This document shows positions 36,656-45,800 of a DNA stretch of 64,000 bases, piece after piece. The notes beneath the pieces are model-generated. The model saw only the letters and a list, made by a program, of their open reading frames with translations, was not told where the DNA came from and did no database searches. A program made the position numbers and the translations under genes. Origin of the DNA: Candidatus Woesearchaeota archaeon (lineage in GTDB: Archaea; Nanobdellota; Nanobdellia; SCGC-AAA011-G17; GW2011-AR18); NCBI GenBank assembly GCA_964497265.1, contig CAZCCK010000003.1, positions 2,972 through 66,971 of the forward strand, written 5' to 3'. Each line of letters begins with the position of its first letter. Within the stretch, counting starts at the first letter, position 1.

Positions 36656-39349
36656 ATGTTAAGAAAAAAAGGCGGGTTGTTAGTAGTTCTTACTTTATTG
36701 CTTCTGTTGCCGTCTGTTTTTGCTCAAGCTGTAACTTCACAGGGATATAATTTTATTTCTGATTTTTACGTAAATTTTAACGGAATTGTGGATTTTATTC
36801 TTTATTTTCTTATATTTGGTGGTGCGGCTCGTTTAGCTTTTGAAAGAAAGGACGCCAGAGATAAAAGAGCGGGAAAGATTCTTCAGGTTGCGGTAAGTTT
36901 AGTTCTCTCTTTTAGTTTAGTTCTTTGGGAAGCGCAAACAGGATTTAATTTGTTAAGTGTTGGCCCTTATGCTTTAGGATTATTAGTTTTGGCGATTTTA
37001 TTTAATGTGTTTATGTTCTATAGAAAAGCGACAGGAGGAAATAATAACAACAATACAGAAGGAAAAGGATCTTCGTTTATTTTTTTCTTAATTGCTGCTG
37101 CGGCAGTGTTTTATTTTTTATTAAGTCCTAATTCAATTCCAGGAAGTTTTTCTTTTGCGCTTGGAGGATTTTCATGGGCAGATTTTTTGGTGTGGGGAAT
37201 TGTGATTTTTTTTGTAATTATGGGTTTACGAGCATTATGGAAAGAACATGGCCCTGAATCTAGCGGAACGTTTAAAGGAACTGGTCTTGGTGGAAGTTTA
37301 CTTGGATTAGTAGCGTTACTTGCGATGATTTTTGGAGGAGTGTTTGCTTATCAGCAGGCAGGGTGGTTAGGGTTGATTGGAGTGCTCGCAATTCTCTTTG
37401 GAACAGGAGGGTTTGGGTTGAATAAGTGGGCAGAATCAAGAAGAAAGCCAAAACCTGATACTAAAAAAATTACTCCTCATCTTAGTGGAGATGCAGAAGA
37501 TAAAGCCGATGAAGAACCTCCAAAAGAGAAAGAGCCTTCAGGATGGGCGACAGCTACCGGAAATGGAATTGTTGATGCCACTTCGTGGACCTGGAAGCAA
37601 ATAAAGAGCTCGTTCGCTTGGACAAAAAAGCAAGCAAAGGAGGGATGGGGTTGGACTAAGAATTGGTGGACGAAGAAAGGAAGTGTTGAAGTAGAAATTG
37701 TCCATACCCCTGAGGATCCTGCCTTAACAGATACAACCAATTCTTTTGATATTTATATGCACAAACCAAAAGTAAAGTGTAATCCTAAGTTCGATAGTTC
37801 TGTAAGTTCATTAGATGATTACAAATATGAGTGGATTGATAAAGTAAATCCAAAAGGGACTGATGCGTTCTATGAGCTTAATCTAGACAATTTAGCCGCT
37901 GATCATCTTGGCAAACATACACTTAGGTTGTACGTGACAGAGAAAAAAGATAAGAAAAAGACAGGATATGCTGAGTGGACGTTTGAAGTTACAGATAGTG
38001 GCGTAGCCAAGAGTCCTAAGTTATTTAGTAAATTAAAAGTGAAAGTAAGTATTGCTGCTCCGGTTGGTGTCACCACATTTGATTTAAGTGATCCAAGGAC
38101 AGTAGATCTAATTACATTATTAGTTGATGTTGAAGGCGGAGAAGCGCCTTATAAGTATGATTGGGATGACAAGAAGATTAAAGCTGCTCGTAGTGGAGCG
38201 AATAATTTTGAGTATAGTTTGAAAGATATTGATCTAAAAGAGTTAGAGGAAGAAAAAGATGTTGAAGTGACAGTTACAGATAAGAATGGGGTGAAAGGAA
38301 GAGGATACATCCTGTTCACAGTAAAAAGAAAAGCTCCGGAACTTACATTGAAAACTCCTCCCTCTCTAAGTACTCAAACGTATCAAAATAAAGAGATAGC
38401 TGTAATTGCAAAAATTGAGAATGTAACAAAATTTGTTCTTAGAGATTTAAAGCTAGAGATTGGTGAAGGAACACAAAAGAAAAGAGATATTGAAAAAAGA
38501 GGACACGTAGAAAAAAGAAAGATAAGAATTGAAGACAGAAAAGAGTTTAAAATAAGGAGAGATCCAACAAATCCAGCCGTATATCAAATAGGCGTAGTCA
38601 TTCCAGACAAACTCAAATTAGATCCTGGAGAATATACAGTTGGGTTTTTTGCTAAAGAAGAAAAGATAGGAACTGTTGATATTTTTTATTTAGATGTTCA
38701 AGAACCTCCAAGTATAAAAGTAGAAGAACCCGCTAGAAAGGGAAAGTTAGAATTTTGGATTAGCGAGCCCACAATATTCAAAGTGAGTACAACAGGGCCG
38801 ATTAAAGAAATAGAATGGTGGATTGAAAAAGGAATTCTCACTAGTCCAGCTGGAAAAGAAAAATTATTGGATAATGGAAAAGAGATTCATCCAGATTTTA
38901 AAGGATTTTTAGAAGGAGAGTATACGTTATTTAGTGTAGCTTTAGATGATAAAGGAATTCCTTTGGGAAGAGTAATATTCTATATCCGCCTTAAGAGAGA
39001 GAGTATAGAAATCAAAGTAGCGCCAAAGCAAGTTAAGTTAGAAGGAACAGGATTACACAAAAAAGCAGACCAATTATGGGAATTAAAAGCCAAGGTAGAT
39101 ATTCCTCATGGAGAAGTGCATTGGGCTCTTGCAGAGGGGACATGGGATCGCCTAATAGAAGCTTTGAAAGGGACTACCGTTCATAAATTAGATTTTAAAG
39201 GAAGAGAGATTGAAGAAAATTTTAGTGTGTTTGGAGAGCAGGATTTACCAGAGGGAGTTTATACACTTTTTGCGTATAAAGGAGATGATAAAGGAAAACC
39301 ATTAGGAGAAGTAGAGGATAGAGTATTAATCAACTTTAAAGACGCGTAA
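36656..39349 (+). CDS. Large multi-pass membrane protein with C-terminal Ig/PKD-like domains
   Basis: Signal peptide and about 7 TM segments, then beta-sandwich-like segments (YKYEW, GGEAPYKYDW, PGEYTV, EGEYTL, EGVYTL). Confidence 0.7.
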   Translation: MLRKKGGLLVVLTLLLLLPSVFAQAVTSQGYNFISDFYVNFNGIVDFILYFLIFGGAARLAFERKDARDKRAGKILQVAVSLVLSFSLVLWEAQTGFNLLSVGPYALGLLVLAILFNVFMFYRKATGGNNNNNTEGKGSSFIFFLIAAAAVFYFLLSPNSIPGSFSFALGGFSWADFLVWGIVIFFVIMGLRALWKEHGPESSGTFKGTGLGGSLLGLVALLAMIFGGVFAYQQAGWLGLIGVLAILFGTGGFGLNKWAESRRKPKPDTKKITPHLSGDAEDKADEEPPKEKEPSGWATATGNGIVDATSWTWKQIKSSFAWTKKQAKEGWGWTKNWWTKKGSVEVEIVHTPEDPALTDTTNSFDIYMHKPKVKCNPKFDSSVSSLDDYKYEWIDKVNPKGTDAFYELNLDNLAADHLGKHTLRLYVTEKKDKKKTGYAEWTFEVTDSGVAKSPKLFSKLKVKVSIAAPVGVTTFDLSDPRTVDLITLLVDVEGGEAPYKYDWDDKKIKAARSGANNFEYSLKDIDLKELEEEKDVEVTVTDKNGVKGRGYILFTVKRKAPELTLKTPPSLSTQTYQNKEIAVIAKIENVTKFVLRDLKLEIGEGTQKKRDIEKRGHVEKRKIRIEDRKEFKIRRDPTNPAVYQIGVVIPDKLKLDPGEYTVGFFAKEEKIGTVDIFYLDVQEPPSIKVEEPARKGKLEFWISEPTIFKVSTTGPIKEIEWWIEKGILTSPAGKEKLLDNGKEIHPDFKGFLEGEYTLFSVALDDKGIPLGRVIFYIRLKRESIEIKVAPKQVKLEGTGLHKKADQLWELKAKVDIPHGEVHWALAEGTWDRLIEALKGTTVHKLDFKGREIEENFSVFGEQDLPEGVYTLFAYKGDDKGKPLGEVEDRVLINFKDA

Positions 39350-40358
39350 AGTCTCCTAATCCTCGTTGTGCTTGTTCTTTAGTTTCTGTTTTTAATTTAT
39401 CTAAGATGCTTTGAATACGTTCTTCGTTGAATTCGTGTTTTTCTACAAGGAGTTTTTTAATTTTAATTTCATCAATTTTTCCCCATTCTAGGGTATAATC
39501 AGAAGTAACGTCTATTTTTTTAAAAATATCATAGATCTCCTTCCAGTCAAAGTCTGCTTTCAAATCAACAAAGATTTTATCAAAATCTTTTTCTTCAAGT
39601 ACTTTTTTTAAAGCTTTTTTCGGTCCTATTCCTCGAATGCCTTTATTATTAAAGTCTGTTCCAACGAGAATTCCCAAGACGATAAGTTGATCGGGGGTAA
39701 TGTTAAGTTCTTTCAAGGTTTTTGGTAGGTCAATGAGTTCTAGAAAGGTAAGAACGTGTTTTCCTGAAGCAAGTTTTCTCTTTTGAGATAAGGTTAAGTT
39801 ACGAATTAAGCGAGGTGTACCAAAAAGTAAAGAGTCAGCGTCTTGTGATGCAGTTGCCCAGACATCTCCTTTTTTACACATAAATGCTGCTTGTGCTTCT
39901 GCTTCGCTTGGTGCTTCGATGACAGGTAATCCTAAAGCTTTGATTAGTTCCTTGCTTTCTTCAATCATTTCAGTGTTAAGGCGAGCGAATTGTTTAGAAT
40001 ATTTGTACATGTCTTCTAAGTTTTCTTCTTCTACTGCTTGGTTGTACTTACTTTCTGCTTCTTTTTTCCTACTGGAACGATCTTGTTGTTCTTTGAGTTT
40101 TAATACAGGTGGAGTTCCATCAAAGACATAGCAAAGTTTAATGCCTTTTCCCATGAGGTTAGCTGTCCTTGTAAGTAGACCTTGTAAGTGAGAGGTGACT
40201 CTTCCTTGAGAGTCCATAAGCAGAGTGCCATCTGGTTGGCGAATAGAAGCGATAAACTGATACAAAGCGTTGTAAGCGTCTATTGCTATTTTCTTTCCTT
40301 TAAGATCTTCGAATTGAATTTCTTCTTTCGGTAGGAGTTCAGAAATATTTACACCCAT
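39336..40358 (-). CDS. fen1: Flap endonuclease 1
   Basis: MGVNI start, AIDAYNALYQF, APSEAEAQAA, SQDADSLLFG, GTDFN and C-terminal PIP box QRGLGDF. Confidence 0.96.
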   Translation of the reverse strand: MGVNISELLPKEEIQFEDLKGKKIAIDAYNALYQFIASIRQPDGTLLMDSQGRVTSHLQGLLTRTANLMGKGIKLCYVFDGTPPVLKLKEQQDRSSRKKEAESKYNQAVEEENLEDMYKYSKQFARLNTEMIEESKELIKALGLPVIEAPSEAEAQAAFMCKKGDVWATASQDADSLLFGTPRLIRNLTLSQKRKLASGKHVLTFLELIDLPKTLKELNITPDQLIVLGILVGTDFNNKGIRGIGPKKALKKVLEEKDFDKIFVDLKADFDWKEIYDIFKKIDVTSDYTLEWGKIDEIKIKKLLVEKHEFNEERIQSILDKLKTETKEQAQRGLGDFTRL

Positions 40359-40408
40359 AAAAGAGGATAACCTAAAAGTTTTTATAATGTTTTCGTTTAT
40401 CTTTAAAG

Positions 40409-41305
40409 ATGGATTTGCCTCAAGAATGGAAGAAAGCGGGTAAGATTGCAGGTCAAGCAAGAGTTTTTGGTGCTTCTTTGATTAAAGAAGGTGTTTCTTT
40501 TTTAGAAGTTTCAAGTAAAGTTGAAGAGTTTATTTTTAAGAAAGGAGGAAAGCTTGCTTTCCCCGTGCAGATTTCTCTAAACGGATTGGCTGCGCATTAT
40601 ACGCCTTTTCCAAAGGATGAGTCTGTTTTCAAGAGGGGAGATTTAGTAAAATTAGATTTGGGAGTACACATTGATGGTTATATTGGCGATACTGCGATGA
40701 CAATAGAGGTTGGTTCAAACGAAAATCAAGATTTGATTAAAGCAAGTAAGGAAGCGTTAGATGCTGCGTTGAAATTAGCAAAGCCAGGGATAAAGATTGG
40801 TGAGATTGGTTCTGCTGTTGCTTCGGTTATTGAAGGGTACGGGTTTAAGCCGATAAAAAATCTTTCTGGTCATGGTGTTTCTCGTTATACCTTACATGAT
40901 GATCCTTCTATTCCCAATTATGATAACAAGGATCCTTTAAAATTAGAAGAGGGGCAAGTGTTAGCGATTGAACCTTTTGCAACAAAGGGAGGGGGTTTAG
41001 TGAAAGAAGGGAAGGGTTCTAGTAATTACAGGTTAGCCTATCCAAACAAGCAGATTAGAGATACAAATGCAAGAAAGATATTAGATTATATTAGAGAAGA
41101 ATTCTATACTTTACCTTTTGCAAAGAGATATTTAACAAAGGTTTTTGACGAAAGTAAAGTGACGTTAGCATTAAGAATGTTAGAGAACGCCGGATTGATT
41201 TATGAGTATGCCCAATTACCGGAAAAAGAAGAGGGTTTGACTTCTCAGCATGAGCATACCGTGCAGGTTGCGGATAAACCTCTTATTCTAACAAAAGAAG
41301 ATTAA
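40409..41305 (+). CDS. map: Methionine aminopeptidase type II
   Basis: AAHYTP, KLDLGVHIDGYIGDTA, NLSGH, AIEPF and QHEHT motifs. Confidence 0.95.
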   Translation: MDLPQEWKKAGKIAGQARVFGASLIKEGVSFLEVSSKVEEFIFKKGGKLAFPVQISLNGLAAHYTPFPKDESVFKRGDLVKLDLGVHIDGYIGDTAMTIEVGSNENQDLIKASKEALDAALKLAKPGIKIGEIGSAVASVIEGYGFKPIKNLSGHGVSRYTLHDDPSIPNYDNKDPLKLEEGQVLAIEPFATKGGGLVKEGKGSSNYRLAYPNKQIRDTNARKILDYIREEFYTLPFAKRYLTKVFDESKVTLALRMLENAGLIYEYAQLPEKEEGLTSQHEHTVQVADKPLILTKED

Positions 41306-41319
41306 AGGTTTATTTAAAA

Positions 41320-41622
41320 TTAGCGTTTTTTTGCAGCAAAAGCTTGCTTGTTTTTTTGCATATCTTCTCTATAATCTGCCATTTGTTGAATTTCATTTGC
41401 ACAAAAAGCGCGAAGAGTGGATAGGTCTAGTTGATCCAATAAGTCTGCGCATTGAATATATTTCTTAGCGGTAAGGTCCAAGTTTTGCATGTATTGTTTC
41501 TCTGAAGATTCCAATTCTCTAGCAATGCCAGAAAGAAGAACTGTGATTTGACTAAAAAGTTCTTTTTGTTTTGTAAGAAATTTAGAATTTACCTTAGGAT
41601 TTAATCCGGGTGATGCAACCAT
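41320..41622 (-). CDS. Hypothetical helical protein
   Basis: 100-aa ORF filling the gap, with an upstream TATA box. Confidence 0.55.
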   Translation of the reverse strand: MVASPGLNPKVNSKFLTKQKELFSQITVLLSGIARELESSEKQYMQNLDLTAKKYIQCADLLDQLDLSTLRAFCANEIQQMADYREDMQKNKQAFAAKKR

Positions 41623-41656
41623 AAAAAAGAATTAAGAAAAAGGATCTATTTAAAGT

Positions 41657-44092
41657 TTATCCCATATAACTCAAAGCATCTTTGTCGCGGATTGCTGCGC
41701 CACGTGCTGTGCGTAAGTAAGATTCTTCGATTTCTTCGTATTTTTTCACATCTTCTTCCGTGATAGAAGGTTTGACTTTTTTAAGACCCTCGTTGAAATC
41801 TTTGAGCGTTACTACCTTCGCGTTTAGATCTCTTCGTAAAGCGAGTATTGCTGCTTCGCGGCAGACTGCTTCTATGTCTGCTCCTACGTAGTTGGGTGTT
41901 TTTTCTGTGAGTAAGTAGAGGAGTTTTTCTTTATTGGATAATTTGGTTTGTTCTTTTACTACTTTTTTCTTAGAACCTTCTTCAACTTTAGTTCCTTTCA
42001 GGACAATGTCATTAATTTGAGGTTCTTTTATTTTAAGGTCTTTGAACATTCTTTCAAGTTCTAAAGCTTCTTCGCTTGTGACTTCTATAGGCATTGCTTG
42101 AGTGTGGATTTGGAATATTCTAAAGCGAGCTTTCTCATCTGGAATCGGTGCTAAGATAACGCGATCAAATCTACCCGGGCGTAAGAGCGCTGGGTCAATG
42201 ATATCCGGTCTATTAGTTGCTCCAATTACAATAACGTCATTAAGTTCTTGTAGTCCGTCGATTTCGGTTAGGAGTTGGTTGACCATTCGTTCAGTAACGT
42301 TGGAATCCCCACCTCTGCCTCTTCGTGGTGCGATTGCGTCGATTTCATCAAAGAATACGATTGCTGGTGATGCTTGGCGTGCTTTTTCAAAGATTTTGCG
42401 GACTGCTCGTTCGCTCTCGCCGACCCACTTTGATAACATCTCAGGTCCGTTGACAAGAATGAAGTTTGCTTCGCTTTCATGTGCGACTGCTTTTGCTAAG
42501 AGTGTTTTTCCTGTTCCTGGTGGTCCATAAAGTAAAATTCCTTTTGGTGCGCGAACACCGAGATTTTTAAAAATGTTAGGATGTTTAAGCGGCCATTCAA
42601 CTGCTTCTTTGAGTTCTTGTTTGATTCCTTCAAGTCCTCCAATTTCTTCCCAGGTAGTTGTTGGTGCTTCGATGAAGACTTCTCGTAAGGCAGATGGTCG
42701 AACAAGTTTTAATGCTTCTCTAAAGTCAGTGAAGGTAATTTGAAGTTTGTTCAATAATTCCGAAGAGATAGGTTCGTCTTTTTTGTATTCTAGTTCAGGT
42801 AATAATCTTCGTAAGACAACCATGGCTGCTTCTTTGCATAAGACTTCTAGATCTGCTCCGACAAAGCCGTGTGTTGCGCGAGCAAGTTCTTTTAAATCTA
42901 CATCCTTTGTTAAAGGCATGTTGCGTGTATGAATTTTTAAAATTTGTAAGCGTCCTTCTTGTTTTGGTACTCCGATTTCTACTTCTCTGTCAAATCTTCC
43001 TGGTCTTCGTAATGCTGGATCGAGAGCGTTAGGGCGATTTGTTGCAGCGATAACTACAACGCGACCACGAGATTTAAGTCCGTCCATGGTAGTAAGTAAT
43101 TGCGCGACAACTCTTCGTTCTACTTCCCCGTAGCTTTCTTCTCGTTTGGAAGCGATTGCGTCTATTTCATCAATAAAGATAATTGAAGGTGCATTTTTTT
43201 CTGCTTCTTCAAAGATCTCACGAATTCTTTTTTCTGCTTCACCGACGAATTTACTCATGACCGCTGGCGCGTCTAAATGAATAAAGTGTGCGTTTGTTTC
43301 GTTTGCTACTGCTTTTGCTAAGAGTGTTTTTCCTGTTCCTGGTGCTCCATGGAGTAATACTCCTTTTGGAGGTTCTATTCCTAGTCTTTCAAAAAGTTCG
43401 GGATGTTTCAAAGGTAGTTCTACCATTTCACGAATTTTTTTTACTTCTTCGGTAAGACCGCCTACATCTTCATAGGTAACTTCTACAATTTTTTCTTCTA
43501 GAACTTCTACTGCTTTTGAGCTTAATCCGATTTCAGTGTTTTCTGTGATGATGACTGCTTGTTTTGGATCTGTATTAACGACAATAAATTTTAAGCCACC
43601 TGTTACAAAGCTGTTAAATCCGTCTTCGAAAATGTCAAAGATATCTTCAAAGGGGCTTCCTTCTGCGTTTCTTCGTCTTCGTTTTGCTCCTCCAAGAGTT
43701 ACTTGATCTCCTTTGAGGACTGCTCGTCCGAGTAATCCTGCTTTGAAAACAACTGGGTCTGCTTGGACGGTGATTCCAGGTTGTGCTGGTGCGATGGTGA
43801 TGGATTTTGCTTCTTTGACTTCTGCTCTTCGAACTTTAATGTATTCGCCTAAGCTGGTTTTAGAATTTCTTCGTAAAACTCCATCCATTCTGATGATGGA
43901 TTCTCCTACGTCTGAAGGGTAAGCGCGGTCTACGATTCCAACTGTTTTTCTTCCGCCTTCTATTTCAATGACATCTCCAGGTCTTACTCCAATTTCTCTC
44001 ATGGTTTGAGAGTCAATTCTTACAATTCCTTTGTAAGCTTCTTCTTGGATTGCTTCTTTGACTTTGAGTTTGATTTCAATGATCTTGTCCAT
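41657..44092 (-). CDS. cdc48: Cdc48/VCP AAA+ ATPase
   Basis: N domain plus two AAA modules ([34 protein letters not shown]). Confidence 0.96.
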   Translation of the reverse strand: MDKIIEIKLKVKEAIQEEAYKGIVRIDSQTMREIGVRPGDVIEIEGGRKTVGIVDRAYPSDVGESIIRMDGVLRRNSKTSLGEYIKVRRAEVKEAKSITIAPAQPGITVQADPVVFKAGLLGRAVLKGDQVTLGGAKRRRRNAEGSPFEDIFDIFEDGFNSFVTGGLKFIVVNTDPKQAVIITENTEIGLSSKAVEVLEEKIVEVTYEDVGGLTEEVKKIREMVELPLKHPELFERLGIEPPKGVLLHGAPGTGKTLLAKAVANETNAHFIHLDAPAVMSKFVGEAEKRIREIFEEAEKNAPSIIFIDEIDAIASKREESYGEVERRVVAQLLTTMDGLKSRGRVVVIAATNRPNALDPALRRPGRFDREVEIGVPKQEGRLQILKIHTRNMPLTKDVDLKELARATHGFVGADLEVLCKEAAMVVLRRLLPELEYKKDEPISSELLNKLQITFTDFREALKLVRPSALREVFIEAPTTTWEEIGGLEGIKQELKEAVEWPLKHPNIFKNLGVRAPKGILLYGPPGTGKTLLAKAVAHESEANFILVNGPEMLSKWVGESERAVRKIFEKARQASPAIVFFDEIDAIAPRRGRGGDSNVTERMVNQLLTEIDGLQELNDVIVIGATNRPDIIDPALLRPGRFDRVILAPIPDEKARFRIFQIHTQAMPIEVTSEEALELERMFKDLKIKEPQINDIVLKGTKVEEGSKKKVVKEQTKLSNKEKLLYLLTEKTPNYVGADIEAVCREAAILALRRDLNAKVVTLKDFNEGLKKVKPSITEEDVKKYEEIEESYLRTARGAAIRDKDALSYMG

Positions 44093-44462
44093 AGTGATCC
44101 TCAGGGTTGTTTTGATTATAAAATTTTCTGCTCATGAACATGACTATTCGTCCTGGTCCTTCTAAGTGAAGTCTGACAAGTTGGTCCATTTCTTTTTCAA
44201 AGTCTTTGTGAAAGTCGATGATTTCTTTTGGGATTGAGACGCAGAAGCTATTTCCAACAAGTCTTAGTTTGACGTCAAAAGGACGTTGATAGAGTTGTTT
44301 GAAGTCTTCGTATTCTTTTAAGTCTCCAGGGTGGAAGGTGAGTTCTTTGCAGGTAGGGCATTCTAAAGCGCGGAGTTCAAATCCATCTTTTAAAAGGATT
44401 TTTTTGTGGGTGAGTATGTCACATCTGTTGCAGAGGATTTTGTGGTCGAAGAGATCTTTCAT
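44076..44462 (-). CDS. Zn-ribbon plus AbrB-domain protein (putative regulator) overlapping the cdc48 start
   Basis: CNRC...CPTC; VKLRLVGNSFCVSIPKEI AbrB-like motif. Confidence 0.75.
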   Translation of the reverse strand: MKDLFDHKILCNRCDILTHKKILLKDGFELRALECPTCKELTFHPGDLKEYEDFKQLYQRPFDVKLRLVGNSFCVSIPKEIIDFHKDFEKEMDQLVRLHLEGPGRIVMFMSRKFYNQNNPEDHYGQDH

Positions 44463-44580
44463 GGTATATACGGGAGGTATACACCCTAAAGTATTTAAAT
44501 CTTATCAAAATAAGATACCACTTAAGAGTTACGAAAGAAAGGGAAGATTTATTAAAGAAAACTTCTGTAAAAAACAGATA

Positions 44581-45162
44581 ATGAACTTAGAAGATCAAAT
44601 CAAAAATCAGATTCCTCAAGCAGTAAGGCAATTAGCTTCTCTTTTCGAGATTGGAGAGGAAGCAGAGTCAACAATTCCTGCTTTTAAAACAATTGTTCCA
44701 AAATTGACAATTCAAACAGTATACAGTTCAGATAGAATAAGACCCGGATATGTAGCAGGAAGAACGGTTGGAACTCTTTTCCATAGAAAAGCGAACTCAG
44801 CATTCTACGAAAATCCAAGACGAATATTAACCGTCATCGATAATCAGAATGAAACCGAAAGGGAAGTAGAAAGCGTATACGAAAGACAAAGAGAAGGAGT
44901 CAAAGGAATTATTTCACATTACTGCGGATTAGCGTGCGCAGAGGGAAAGATGTTCAATGATGAACGATCTGAAAGAATGGCAATGAATCCTCTAGAGTAC
45001 TCAAATCCTCAAGTTCAGAAAAGAGAACAGAGAAAGAGATTAATTTGGATTGTTGCGAAAAGTCTTTTAACAGGGAATAAAGAAGAGTTCTCAAGAGTTG
45101 TAAAGATGAATGTTTCTCCAGCAGCGAAGTATATTGAAGAAAGAACAGGTATAAGTTTATAA
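44581..45162 (+). CDS. Hypothetical protein (probable start MNLEDQIK at 44581)
   Basis: TATA-like TTTATTAAA about 25 nt upstream of ATG 44581; the longer track ORF overlaps the opposite-strand gene. Confidence 0.6.
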   Translation: MNLEDQIKNQIPQAVRQLASLFEIGEEAESTIPAFKTIVPKLTIQTVYSSDRIRPGYVAGRTVGTLFHRKANSAFYENPRRILTVIDNQNETEREVESVYERQREGVKGIISHYCGLACAEGKMFNDERSERMAMNPLEYSNPQVQKREQRKRLIWIVAKSLLTGNKEEFSRVVKMNVSPAAKYIEERTGISL

Positions 45163-45185
45163 GAGAAAACTCTTCTCCGAAGAGT

Positions 45186-45800
45186 ATGAAAGTTTCAACG
45201 GGAATAAAAGATTTCGATAGCTTATTTTGTTTTGATTCTAATCTTTTAACAATGGTATACGGTGAAGCAGCTACAGGTAAAACAACTTTAGCTTTATTGA
45301 AAACAATCGAGGAAGCGAAAAAGAACAAGGTGATTTATATTGATACTGAAAATGGTTTTTCTATAGAAAGATTAAAACAGTTAGCTCCAGATTATAAAGT
45401 GTTTATAGAACAGATTATGCATATTCATCCAACGAATTTAGAGGAGCAAGAAAAAATAATTTTAAGTTTGAATGAAAAGAACAAGACGGTCATTATAGAC
45501 ACAATTGGATTTTTTTATAGGGTAGAGGTTAAGCAAGATCCTTACAAAGCGAATAAATCTTTAGATAATCAGTTAAAAAAGTTGACAGAGTTGGCCAAGA
45601 AAGGAGTTTTCATTTTAATGACGAATCAAGTGTATTCCGATTTACAGGGAAGGATTGTAAATGTTGGTGGAGATATGTTAAAGAATTGGTCTAAAATGTT
45701 AATTCAATTATCAAAAAACCCAAGAAAATTAAGAGTGGAAAAACCGTTTAGTTTAGAAATCCCATTTGAAATCCAAGAAAGAGGTATCAAAAAAAGTTAA
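45186..45800 (+). CDS. radB: RadB-like RecA-family protein
   Basis: YGEAATGKT, IYIDTENGFS, MTNQV and VGGDMLKNWSK motifs. Confidence 0.88.
   Translation: MKVSTGIKDFDSLFCFDSNLLTMVYGEAATGKTTLALLKTIEEAKKNKVIYIDTENGFSIERLKQLAPDYKVFIEQIMHIHPTNLEEQEKIILSLNEKNKTVIIDTIGFFYRVEVKQDPYKANKSLDNQLKKLTELAKKGVFILMTNQVYSDLQGRIVNVGGDMLKNWSKMLIQLSKNPRKLRVEKPFSLEIPFEIQERGIKKS

Noticed and set aside
40359..40460. Extended FEN1 N-terminus in the ORF track
   Set aside because: It overlaps the divergent map gene and its promoter; FEN1 canonically starts with MGV.
44299..44580. Extended N-terminus of the 44299..45162 ORF
   Set aside because: It overlaps the opposite-strand AbrB gene; the promoter position supports ATG 44581.
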